In this document: positions 1 through 7,252 of the stretch, one piece after another
How positions within the stretch are numbered: the first letter of the stretch is position 1
How the letters are laid out: each line of letters opens with the position of its first letter
Assembly: GCF_001945605.1 (NCBI RefSeq)
Contig: NZ_MPKA01000064.1
Location: 1 to 32,000, forward strand
Source of the DNA: Dubosiella newyorkensis
Lineage (GTDB): Bacteria; Bacillota_I; Bacilli_A; Erysipelotrichales; Erysipelotrichaceae
Reading direction: 5' to 3'
Length of the DNA: 32,000 nt
The notes under the pieces: generated by a model
Database searches by the model: none
The model's input: only the letters and a program-made list of their open reading frames with translations
What the model was told of the DNA's origin: nothing
Position numbers and translations under genes: made by a program

Positions 1-431
1 CTGTCGGGATCTTTTGGATTGAATTGTCTTTTCAGAAGATTGTGAAGTTTTCGATCATTCCCTTTAGATATGGTCGTTTTTATCTTGTGTTTCAGATATT
101 TCGGTTTGATATTGGCTTCTTTCATGATCGAATAGACATACTTCTGGCATCCTTGGATCCCATGCTTGTGCAGGATCTCTGCGATCTTGGGCGAGCCATA
201 CAGCTGGTGCGAATCGTTGTAGATCTTGACGATTGCTTTTTTTGTTTTTTCCCGTCGGACTTTTGTCTTGGATGGTTTTGATCTTAAATACTTGTAGTAG
301 CCGGAAGGGCTCTTCTCCAATATAGCCAGTATACCCGCTATCGATGCTTTGGGATGTTTCTCTTTGTATTCCTGGACCGATCGATAGAGGAGACGAGCCG
401 TTACTTGCCGAGTATACTGATTGCTTTTTTT
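1..431 (-). CDS. IS3-family transposase OrfB, N-terminal part only, entered by a -1 frameshift from orfA
   Basis: The minus-strand frame offset by -1 from orfA is open from the A7 run (425-431) to position 1. It reads ...LLYRSVQEYKEKHPKASIAGILAILEKSPSGYYKYLRSKPSKTKVRREKTKKAIVKIYNDSHQLYGSPKIAEILHKHGIQGCQKYVYSIMKEANIKPKY...NLLKRQFNPKDPD, a typical IS3 OrfB N-terminus preceding the DDE core. Confidence 0.75.
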
Positions 432-688
432 AATACATTGAGTGCGTCCTGGGTATCTCTGAGCTGCTTTTTAAGATGGGCGATCTCTTTGGCTTCATCG
501 CTGGCATAGTTGCCGGATCCTCTTACGACGACCTGATCGTCATGCTCTTTATAGCTTTTTACCCATCCTCCAATTGTTGTGTCATGGACTCCGAACTGTT
601 GCGCGATCTGGGTGTAGGCAAGGTCTGGATGATCGAGTACATACTGAATCACCTGTTCCTTAAATTCTTTGTCATATTGCTTTGCCAT
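401..688 (-). CDS. IS3-family transposase OrfA (HTH DNA-binding subunit)
   Basis: The 95-aa product reads MAKQYDKEFKEQVIQYVLDH...YTQIAQQFGVHDTTIGGWVK, followed by a leucine-zipper-like C-terminus, which is typical of IS150/IS3 OrfA. An RBS (GAGGAGGAATGAAAA) lies upstream. The gene ends just after the slippery run TTA-AAA-AAA-G. Confidence 0.85.
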   Translation of the reverse strand: MAKQYDKEFKEQVIQYVLDHPDLAYTQIAQQFGVHDTTIGGWVKSYKEHDDQVVVRGSGNYASDEAKEIAHLKKQLRDTQDALNVLKKAISILGK

Positions 689-785
689 TTTTCATTCCTC
701 CTCATTCTGGAATTCAAATTGTTCTTCTTATGACATTCTACCACTTGAATTTTCAGAGGTTTAAGGAATGCACCATTAATACTAA

Positions 786-1295
786 ATCCACATCTGGGGT
801 GATTGCCCTGCATGTCCTGTCAGCCATATTGCAATCTATGACCATGATAATGGCCAGAATGCGGTTTATTTCCTTGGTCAGAATCAGGGACCTGTTCCAG
901 GACGTGTTTCCATTGACCGCATTCCTGTTAATGGAATCATTGGTGTGTTCAGACCGAAACATATCAAAGGTGAAGGTGATGCAAAACCTAAAGCTGCACC
1001 GAAGCCCAAGAATGGTGCTGTACTGAATTCCATTCCAAGTGATTTCCATAGGGAGAACGCAACCTTTACGGTAACTGCCAACAAGATCCATATCCGTCAG
1101 GCTCCTTCCGTATCCGGTAAAGATACGGGTCTGTTTTATGAAAAAGGACAGAGTGTCAACTATGACGGCTATGTTGTCAGGGAGGGATTCACCTGGATCA
1201 GCTGGATCTCTGCTTCCACCCACACCCGCCGCTGGATGGCTTGTGGTGAAAACCAAGGCGGAAGAACAACCGTTCCTTACGGAACCTTCCGCTAG
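786..1295 (+). pseudogene. 5'-truncated peptidoglycan hydrolase/endolysin: the tail of a CHAP-like domain, an Ala/Lys/Pro linker and an SH3b (SH3_5) wall-binding domain
   Basis: The frame is open from 786 and reads IHIWGDCPACPVSHIAIYDHDNGQNAVYFLGQNQG..., consistent with the His-containing end of a CHAP domain. The linker is GEGDAKPKAAPKPK. The SH3b-like C-terminus reads ATFTVTANKIHIRQAPSVSGKDTG...GFTWISWISASTHTRRWMACGE. There is no N-terminal catalytic Cys region and no start/RBS, and the frame abuts the IS3 end. Confidence 0.65.
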
Positions 1296-1307
1296 CTAAA
1301 CGAAAAT

Positions 1308-1360
1308 GCCCATCGGGTAGACTGGCTTTGAAAGCTGGTTTGCCAGATGGGCTGTTTTTT
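1308..1360 (+). terminator. Rho-independent terminator, partly bidirectional, between the lysin remnant and the VOC gene
   Basis: GCCCATC (1308-1314) pairs with GATGGGC (1346-1352) and is followed by TGTTTTTT. The loop is long and could fold further. Confidence 0.5.
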
Positions 1361-1402
1361 CGTAAAAAACAAATTGTATAAATATAACTCTTATGAAGGA
1401 AT

Positions 1403-1843
1403 TTAAAATTCGTCCTTATCAAAGGAAGTTTGATAAGGATTATTTTCCCAAGCACTTATCTCAATTAAGTTATTTTCAAGATCCGTAATTACGCATGTCC
1501 GTTGTCCCCAGAATTCAGTTGTTGGTGGGTAAACAGCATTTGCCCCTTTAGCAACAACTTCTTCATAAGCCTTATCAACTTCTTTAAAACTATTTACAGA
1601 TAAAGATATTTCGAAATGGCCATTAATACCGCAACAGTAATTATATTCATGACATGTTAAAAACTCGAAGCTTTCTCTTTTATAGAGCATAAAAAGAGTG
1701 TGATCTTTTACTAAATAAACAAATCCTGTGTCTTCGCCCTCAGTAATCTCAAAACCTAGGACATCCCTATAGAAGCGAACCATTTTTGGCATATTTTCTA
1801 CCATTAATTGGATTCCATCTAATCTCATCTCTATTAAACTCAT
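1403..1843 (-). CDS. VOC (glyoxalase/bleomycin-resistance/dioxygenase) superfamily protein
   Basis: The 146-aa product has an N-terminus typical of VOC-fold proteins (LDGIQLMVENMPKMVRFYRDVLGFEI) and the tail FWGQRTCVITDLENNLIEI. It is the first gene of the low-GC island. Confidence 0.7.
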   Translation of the reverse strand: MSLIEMRLDGIQLMVENMPKMVRFYRDVLGFEITEGEDTGFVYLVKDHTLFMLYKRESFEFLTCHEYNYCCGINGHFEISLSVNSFKEVDKAYEEVVAKGANAVYPPTTEFWGQRTCVITDLENNLIEISAWENNPYQTSFDKDEF

Positions 1844-1864
1844 CGATTATGATTAAACTGCATC

Positions 1865-2065
1865 TTATTCCTGGTACGAAAGGCAGCCTTGTCTTTCTCC
1901 GGGATAATAGTAGGACCCATAATGGCTAAAATACTGTCGTCCATTACTATCTTTATCATATGGATTCCAGTAAATGCAGCCATCACTACAGTTATGCCCA
2001 CATAATGGCATAATGGGGATAGAAATTCTGACTTCTTTTCTATCCTCGTTTTTAATTTTTTTCAT
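1865..2065 (-). CDS. small Cys/Tyr-rich hypothetical protein (66 aa from the RBS-supported start)
   Basis: The internal ATG at 2065 is preceded by GAAGGAGAAAATT, whereas the track start at 2086 has no RBS. The product reads MKKIKNEDRK...PLCGHNCSDGCIYWNPYDKDSNGRQYFSHYGSYYYPGERQGC. I do not recognise the family. Confidence 0.45.
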   Translation of the reverse strand: MKKIKNEDRKEVRISIPIMPLCGHNCSDGCIYWNPYDKDSNGRQYFSHYGSYYYPGERQGCLSYQE

Positions 2066-2143
2066 AATTTTCTCCTTCGATTTCATATTTCAATTCAACT
2101 ATCTTTTCGAACGATATAATTTATAAAAATAGATATTTTAAGT

Positions 2144-2347
2144 TTACTGTTCTATCAATTGATTTAACGGAAGATAAGCATAATATCCGTCCTCGGTTTT
2201 TAATAAAACTAAATCTGTATTTTCTTTATCCCAGAACCATAAAAATGAAGTCGGTATTGAACCTCGATCAGGTTTAGTTCCAAAGCAACCGTTCTTATAC
2301 CCTACAAACTTGGTTCCTGCTGGAAAATCTGCAATTTTTGAAGGCAT
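2144..2347 (-). CDS. hypothetical ORF, probably the C-terminal part of a longer frame that continues in-frame from the upstream membrane ORF across a single TAA
   Basis: The ATG at 2347 has no RBS. The same frame is open from 2473 down to 2144 and is in phase with ORF 2474..2974. See the finding covering 2144-2974. Confidence 0.35.
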   Translation of the reverse strand: MPSKIADFPAGTKFVGYKNGCFGTKPDRGSIPTSFLWFWDKENTDLVLLKTEDGYYAYLPLNQLIEQ

Positions 2348-2473
2348 ATAATAACATTTAAGAGTTGTTCCGTGGAAAATAGACGTTTCTTTAATTTCAT
2401 TTGCTAAATATCCTGGAATCTCTGATGTTGAAACATATTCTTTTTGATTATCAACAATAAATGATTCTGAAAT

Positions 2474-2974
2474 TTATTGCTGAAAACTCTGCGTTAAAAC
2501 AGTTTTTGTAATAGAGAAACCAAGCAAAAGCACAACAGGTAACAATATTAAAATTAGTAGGTTCCATTTCTTTAGGGAGCTTTTTGCTAAATATACCAAC
2601 CCAATCATCGCAGCAGTAATAATAACCATGGACAGGCATAAAATTGACCAAATCTTTAGTGATCGCAAAGCGAGTCCTGCTTGCGTTATTGAATAAACAG
2701 AAACGGCGGCCACCAAAGTGACTAGAACGCTTACGATTACTTTCACAATAGAACTGATGCCATTTGTATCAATCATCCAAGTTTGATATAAAAATGTTAT
2801 TAAACAAGCTATACTTCCAAAAATCCATAAACATAACCACAAAAAAAATGCGAAATTTTGAAAATCCTCAATAAAACCTATGAGTAATATTAGCGGAATT
2901 CCGATTATGATTAAGAGAGGGGCTTCAAATATTACGAATAAATGTGTTTCTCTGTTATTCATATTTTCTTTCAA
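2474..2974 (-). CDS. polytopic membrane protein (about 5 TM segments), translationally coupled to idi
   Basis: The 166-aa product consists almost entirely of hydrophobic helices. Its start overlaps the idi stop as ATGA (2971-2974). Confidence 0.6.
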   Translation of the reverse strand: MKENMNNRETHLFVIFEAPLLIIIGIPLILLIGFIEDFQNFAFFLWLCLWIFGSIACLITFLYQTWMIDTNGISSIVKVIVSVLVTLVAAVSVYSITQAGLALRSLKIWSILCLSMVIITAAMIGLVYLAKSSLKKWNLLILILLPVVLLLGFSITKTVLTQSFQQ

Positions 2975-3561
2975 TCCATCAATAAATTTGGCGATTGAGT
3001 ATTAAACATTGATTGCTCAACGCATGAAAAGACTTTTTCAAACCAAGCAGTAAATTGCTTTGGATGTTCCTCAATAGTTTGAACTAAAACTTTAAATTCA
3101 ATCCATTCGACCTCAGATACTTCAGCCGGGTTGGGAATCACTTCTAAATTAGTACTATCTACAGGAAGTACAAAAACATAGTCGATTTCATTTTCAGATA
3201 AGTTTCTAAAATCGTGTTGATACCGGATTGTTCCTACTTGCTTGATATGATTAGTAATAAATACACTTGTTTCCAACCAACTCTTATCAAGAAATCTTAT
3301 GCCTAATTCTTCTCTTAACCTTTTAATAATTGTATCGATTAGATTTGTATTTGGATCGGGGTGAGAGCAGCAAGAATTTGACCATAATCCACCTGAATGA
3401 TATTTACTGATTTGGCGTTTTTGGAGAAGAACTGTTTGTTTCTCAGAATCAACGATAAAAACTGAGAACGCTCGATGCAATTGATTATTTTTATGGGCTT
3501 GAATCTTTTCTTCACTCCCAATGATTTCATCATTTTCGTTAACAAGAATAACTTGATCCAT
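2971..3561 (-). CDS. idi: isopentenyl-diphosphate delta-isomerase, type 1 (Nudix-fold)
   Basis: The type-1 IDI active-site pattern is present: metal His residues in AHKNNQLHRAFSVF, WSNSCCSHP (catalytic Cys plus His, compare E. coli WTNSVCGHP), REELGI, and SENEIDYVFV (compare ENEVCPVF, catalytic Glu). Length is 196 aa. Confidence 0.85.
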   Translation of the reverse strand: MDQVILVNENDEIIGSEEKIQAHKNNQLHRAFSVFIVDSEKQTVLLQKRQISKYHSGGLWSNSCCSHPDPNTNLIDTIIKRLREELGIRFLDKSWLETSVFITNHIKQVGTIRYQHDFRNLSENEIDYVFVLPVDSTNLEVIPNPAEVSEVEWIEFKVLVQTIEEHPKQFTAWFEKVFSCVEQSMFNTQSPNLLMD

Positions 3562-3565
3562 ATAA

Positions 3566-4138
3566 TTACCCGAGAAAGTCCGATAAATCTTTTATGAAGC
3601 CTACGTTTAGTCCTTTAACTTGTTGCGACATATTATAGACGTTAGTTGCAAGATATCTTGCAAACGTATACTCTTCTATTTCACAGCATAAATTAATCCA
3701 GTTTCTAAACCAAAATTCAAAATTTTTGGGATCCCTAAACCTCTTAAAGAAACTCGGTTTACAGTCTTTAAAATAATCTTCCCATATCTCTAAATCTGTT
3801 CCGAGTATAGCTAATGCAGCATAATATAAGTCTCCTTTAGGAAATTTATACTGGATATTCCCATACACTTCCTTGAAATGTTGGTCTAGTTTTGACTGGT
3901 ATTCAGTTAATCCATTACGAATAAGTTCTAAAGCTACAGCTAGCTCAATAATTGAGCAAACAAATTCTTTTTGCACTCTGTTAAAAATCTCTTCCTCCGT
4001 TTCAGACGGTGTTGACTGTCCGGTTACCATATTTGCCATAACAAGAATATGCCTTTTCATCCGAATACGATCTAACCGACTATATTTCTCTATCATTTGC
4101 TCATTGTTCATTAGTGTTTCAGTAATTCTCCTTTCCAA
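3566..4138 (-). CDS. hypothetical protein with helix-like composition, no recognisable motif; start uncertain (TTG at 4138 or ATG at 4111)
   Basis: The 190-aa ORF is tightly packed between the prenyltransferase-like gene and idi. No DDxxD, P-loop or metal motif was seen. Confidence 0.5.
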   Translation of the reverse strand: MERRITETLMNNEQMIEKYSRLDRIRMKRHILVMANMVTGQSTPSETEEEIFNRVQKEFVCSIIELAVALELIRNGLTEYQSKLDQHFKEVYGNIQYKFPKGDLYYAALAILGTDLEIWEDYFKDCKPSFFKRFRDPKNFEFWFRNWINLCCEIEEYTFARYLATNVYNMSQQVKGLNVGFIKDLSDFLG

Positions 4139-4145
4139 TTACCAT

Positions 4146-5030
4146 TTACGAAATAATATAATATTTATTTATAGTAATATCTTTAAAATCATTATCTAGC
4201 GAAATCCCTATTGCAAATCCATAAAGAATAAGATCCCTATGTTCGTTTTCGAAAACAGCTAATTGCAACAGTTGCTTTTTAAGGCTGGGAAATATATTTT
4301 CCAATTCTTGGGTAAGAAAGCCATTATCCAGAACCTTAAAATATAATTTATATTTTATATTAGTTGAATAATCTATAGCATGAAGCCACAATTGAATTTT
4401 ATTTCTCTCTATTAGAACTTTTAGCGTATCCTTAATACAACAGAAGTCACTACCTATAAGGTTTATCGAAGCAAGTGTTGACTCTATAGTTAATTCATCT
4501 AGCAATTCGTACTTAGCTGGATCGAAATCATCCATTCCTCTACGTAACAACCATTCAAAGTTTAAGATATTTCCATTTTTTCCATTTTTTAAACCTATCA
4601 TGTGCAAAGAGCCATAATGATTTCGAGAAGGATTTAAGGAGAAAGCAGAAGAGATTTCTTTTAATTCATTAGCCATCTCTACATCGAGTGAGAAGTTGGC
4701 GTTTAGTAGCGAAAACAGTTTATTTATATTAGCGTTTGTTCGGTTTTGCAGAGCAAAGTAAATTCGTTGAGCTTGATTAGAATCAACACAGATACAAATA
4801 CAACGAATCATCTTAAATTCTTGTAAAAAAGAATAGAGAAGATATTGCTCTGGGGTAAGGGTTGCTTTATTTATAATATCTTGGAAATTTGAGGGGTCGT
4901 CTAATGGTTTCAGATATGTTTTCACTATAAATGGACAATCTTGCTTTATATTTATCCCAATAAAATCAATTGTTTCTGAGTAATCGACTGATTTAAACGG
5001 ATCAAATAGTGGTACTCTTCTAAATGACAT
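4146..5030 (-). CDS. candidate ABBA-fold (aromatic/peptide) prenyltransferase-like protein
   Basis: The 294-aa product shows ten short alternating-hydrophobic strand-like segments in five pairs separated by helical stretches. The pairs are FIGINIK/FIVKTYLKP, IRCICICVD/RIYFALQ, LHMIGLK/ILNFEWLL, LWLHAIDY/KYKLYFKV and LILYGFAIGISL/ITINKYYI. Size and layout fit a PT barrel, and a dedicated idi lies in the same operon. The start is coupled as GGAGGGATTAAATG to the kinase stop. No HMM or structure check was run. Confidence 0.5.
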   Translation of the reverse strand: MSFRRVPLFDPFKSVDYSETIDFIGINIKQDCPFIVKTYLKPLDDPSNFQDIINKATLTPEQYLLYSFLQEFKMIRCICICVDSNQAQRIYFALQNRTNANINKLFSLLNANFSLDVEMANELKEISSAFSLNPSRNHYGSLHMIGLKNGKNGNILNFEWLLRRGMDDFDPAKYELLDELTIESTLASINLIGSDFCCIKDTLKVLIERNKIQLWLHAIDYSTNIKYKLYFKVLDNGFLTQELENIFPSLKKQLLQLAVFENEHRDLILYGFAIGISLDNDFKDITINKYYIIS

Positions 5031-6059
5031 TTAATCCCTCCAAGCAAAAAATGAATCTACTTGCGTATACCCTTTCGCCAGAAAATCGATCATTAATGAT
5101 TTATCGGAAATATGCAAACCTTCTCTTATCAATCCTGCTATAAATCTCGATAGATAAATCCCGTTTAAACATTTTGATAAGATATTTATGTTTTCTTTTT
5201 CTAAAGTATTTAAACGATAATATTTTGAATATGATGAAATATAGGCGTTCCTGTATTGTTCCGCCATTTCAACAGAGCGTACTTCTCCAATGAAATCCTG
5301 CTGGTATCGTGAGCTATACCAGGTTATAAGAAAGTCAAGTAAGCACGGACATCTACCAGATAAATTAAAGTCTATAATTCTAAATGTACCCATAGAGTCC
5401 ATAAGAACATTACTTGTCAATCCTAAATCTCCATGGACGGCAGAGCAAGGAAGTTTATGAATCACTTCTATTATCGTTTTAATTGACTTTTTATGGACTT
5501 TTCTTAGAGGTTGCCATACTTCATTCGAAGTGTTAATCCCAGACCAGATTTGATCAAATTCAGTTTTTCCGTTATATAAAGCTCTCAGTGCGAAATTCAA
5601 GGGTAGTTTTCTATGAAAAGATTTTCCAAAAGAATGTGACAACCCAATCAATCTTCCAATAGCAGTAATATTTATCAAATTTATACTTTTTATGTCTCTT
5701 CCAACGTATTCTTGTAAAGAGACAAAAGCCCTAGCATTCTCATATAGATGATGTAAATCTGTCTCATAGCAGTATTTACCATCAGAATTAATTAATGGAA
5801 AAAATCTTGCTGTCGGGACTCCCTTACTACGAAGATATTCAGAAAACTCGATTTGGTCTTCATTTTGTTGGCGAGAAAAAGTATGATCACTAATCAATTT
5901 CATAACGAAATGCTCATTATCGATTGTTTCGATGAAATAAACGAATGAAAATTTAGGCGGCTCCCAAAAATCATCTATTACTGAGATTCTTGTGATAATC
6001 TTAATATCAAAATATTCGCTGAATATCTTAGCAACAGGAATTGTCTCTATCACAGACAT
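5031..6059 (-). CDS. APH/choline-kinase-fold phosphotransferase (protein-kinase-like superfamily)
   Basis: The Brenner motif HGDLGLTSNVLMD is followed by FRIIDFNLSG, the metal-binding D of the DFG-equivalent. Length is 342 aa. The 5' end overlaps the rSAM gene by 32 nt. Confidence 0.7.
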   Translation of the reverse strand: MSVIETIPVAKIFSEYFDIKIITRISVIDDFWEPPKFSFVYFIETIDNEHFVMKLISDHTFSRQQNEDQIEFSEYLRSKGVPTARFFPLINSDGKYCYETDLHHLYENARAFVSLQEYVGRDIKSINLINITAIGRLIGLSHSFGKSFHRKLPLNFALRALYNGKTEFDQIWSGINTSNEVWQPLRKVHKKSIKTIIEVIHKLPCSAVHGDLGLTSNVLMDSMGTFRIIDFNLSGRCPCLLDFLITWYSSRYQQDFIGEVRSVEMAEQYRNAYISSYSKYYRLNTLEKENINILSKCLNGIYLSRFIAGLIREGLHISDKSLMIDFLAKGYTQVDSFFAWRD

Positions 6060-7203
6060 GACTGCAAATACCTTTTAAAGGGGAGTCGGTACTCTCGATA
6101 GTCCCAGCGATTTCCTCAATTGCTTTTAGAACAAGTCGATCGTTTTCAGAAAAGACTTTTTTTAATTTAAGCCTATTGAATTGTATTTTTGCCGATGCCA
6201 AAATACATTCCCTATATGATAAGCACAGACCTAGATTAACCAAATGTGTACATCCAGATGTAGCTAGGTTCGCAGTATAACAATTAGGGCATAGGAAAAA
6301 AAATCTGCATCCTACACAAGGATTATTAGACGTCAAATCTAATTTGGAACAATCATAATTCTGAAATTTACTTGACTCATCACCAAGTGAAACTGGGGCG
6401 AATCCCTGACAGGGAAATATATTTCCTTCAGTATCAAAGCATTTTGTTAATTCCCCTGCAGCACAAAACCGATGTTTATTTTTTAAATGCGCAAACCAAA
6501 GACGAAGGTCAAAATTAAGTAAAGTGCAAAGATCTAAACTCGGATTATCAGTATAAAATTTGACAAGCTTTTCGAGTTCCCCGTTTAAAATTTCTCCAAC
6601 CTCTTCAAAGTTCCATTCAATACCAGTTGGAAGAGTAGCATCTGCAACGAATCCTAATTTATGTAAATGGATTACTCCTTCCGCCAAATGTGGAAGAGTG
6701 GCTTTTGAAAGGGTTAATTTAGCCTGACATTTTCCCGGCCATGTCCTTAAAAAGAAGTCCTTATCAATATGTCTGTAGCTTCCATCTCCGGACAATAGCG
6801 GTCTATTTAAGTTATGCATAGCCTCCGTACCATCGAGGCTGAGAGAAACAATATATTTCTCTTTTCTTTCTTGAAGCCATTCCTGAACTGGTCCGTGGAC
6901 TAATGTTCCATTGGTGGTAGTTTCAAAATAGGTATTCCGATCCCCGTAAACATCTTCGATGTAGGAATCGATTTTTTTTAGGAGAGCAAAGTTTGCGAAG
7001 GGCTCTCCACCAAAAACTTCGATCAGTGCTGTCTCGCCAGGAGGTATCTCCCCATAAAAACTGTCAATAATTTCTTTCGCGGTCTCCCAACTCATCTTTT
7101 TTTTATTCTTAAAGTGCTCGTAACAGTAGAGGCAGTTTAGGTTACACTCTTCGGTTAATAAGAGCATGATTTTTTTTTGATCTTTATCCATAATCTTTTC
7201 CAT
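6028..7203 (-). CDS. radical SAM enzyme with a C-terminal SPASM domain (anSME-like peptide-modifying maturase)
   Basis: The CNLNCLYC (CxxxCxxC) motif starts at residue 20, followed by GGEPF. The SPASM region reads FCAAGELTKCFDTEGNIFPC ... CVGCRFFFLCPNCY, and there is an extra Cys-rich tail GICSHVCDRDNSCC. There is no space for an N-terminal RRE/PqqD-like domain. Confidence 0.85.
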   Translation of the reverse strand: MEKIMDKDQKKIMLLLTEECNLNCLYCYEHFKNKKKMSWETAKEIIDSFYGEIPPGETALIEVFGGEPFANFALLKKIDSYIEDVYGDRNTYFETTTNGTLVHGPVQEWLQERKEKYIVSLSLDGTEAMHNLNRPLLSGDGSYRHIDKDFFLRTWPGKCQAKLTLSKATLPHLAEGVIHLHKLGFVADATLPTGIEWNFEEVGEILNGELEKLVKFYTDNPSLDLCTLLNFDLRLWFAHLKNKHRFCAAGELTKCFDTEGNIFPCQGFAPVSLGDESSKFQNYDCSKLDLTSNNPCVGCRFFFLCPNCYTANLATSGCTHLVNLGLCLSYRECILASAKIQFNRLKLKKVFSENDRLVLKAIEEIAGTIESTDSPLKGICSHVCDRDNSCC

Positions 7204-7215
7204 TCTAATAACATA

Positions 7216-7243
7216 AAGTGAAGAGAAATGTTTCTCCTCACTT
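7216..7243 (-). promoter_or_regulatory. intercistronic stem-loop between the precursor ORF and the rSAM gene (attenuator or mRNA-stabilising hairpin)
   Basis: The minus-strand RNA AAGUGAGGAGAAA-CA-UUUCUCUUCACUU forms a stem of about 11-13 bp with one G-U pair, followed by UAUGUUAUU. It lies 9 nt after the peptide stop and 12 nt before the rSAM ATG. Confidence 0.55.
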
Positions 7244-7252
7244 ATTTAGTAA

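Larger units (their letters stand above)
1..775 (-). mobile_element. IS3-family insertion sequence, partial. It continues beyond the left window edge and its right-hand terminus is approximate.
   Basis: It has an orfA/orfB pair in -1 frameshift configuration with an A7 slippery run. GATC density is host-like. The end is placed at ...TGCACCA (771-775), just before the truncated lysin frame opens at 786. The partner inverted repeat lies outside the window, so the terminus is unverified. Confidence 0.75.

Noticed and set aside
476-1256. Track ORFs 476..733(+), 682..1026(+), 753..1256(-) and 884..1084(-)
   Set aside because: They are shadow frames overlapping IS3 orfA or the lysin remnant. They have low-complexity or odd composition and no RBS. 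The real signals here are orfA on the minus strand and the CHAP-SH3b frame on the plus strand.
1865-2065. Small Cys/Tyr-rich ORF as a second RiPP precursor
   Set aside because: It is separated from the enzymes by the membrane gene and the split ORF. It has a basic N-terminus rather than a leader-like one. Nothing links it to the rSAM enzyme, so it was left as hypothetical.
2451-2651. Track ORF 2451..2651(-), and 3339..3545(-) inside idi
   Set aside because: These are alternative frames wholly inside better-supported genes (the membrane protein and idi). They have no RBS.
7231-7237. GGAGAAA inside the intercistronic hairpin as the SD of the rSAM gene
   Set aside because: It lies about 30 nt upstream of the rSAM ATG (7203), which is too far to function as its SD. 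So the hairpin is not interpreted as an SD-sequestering element.
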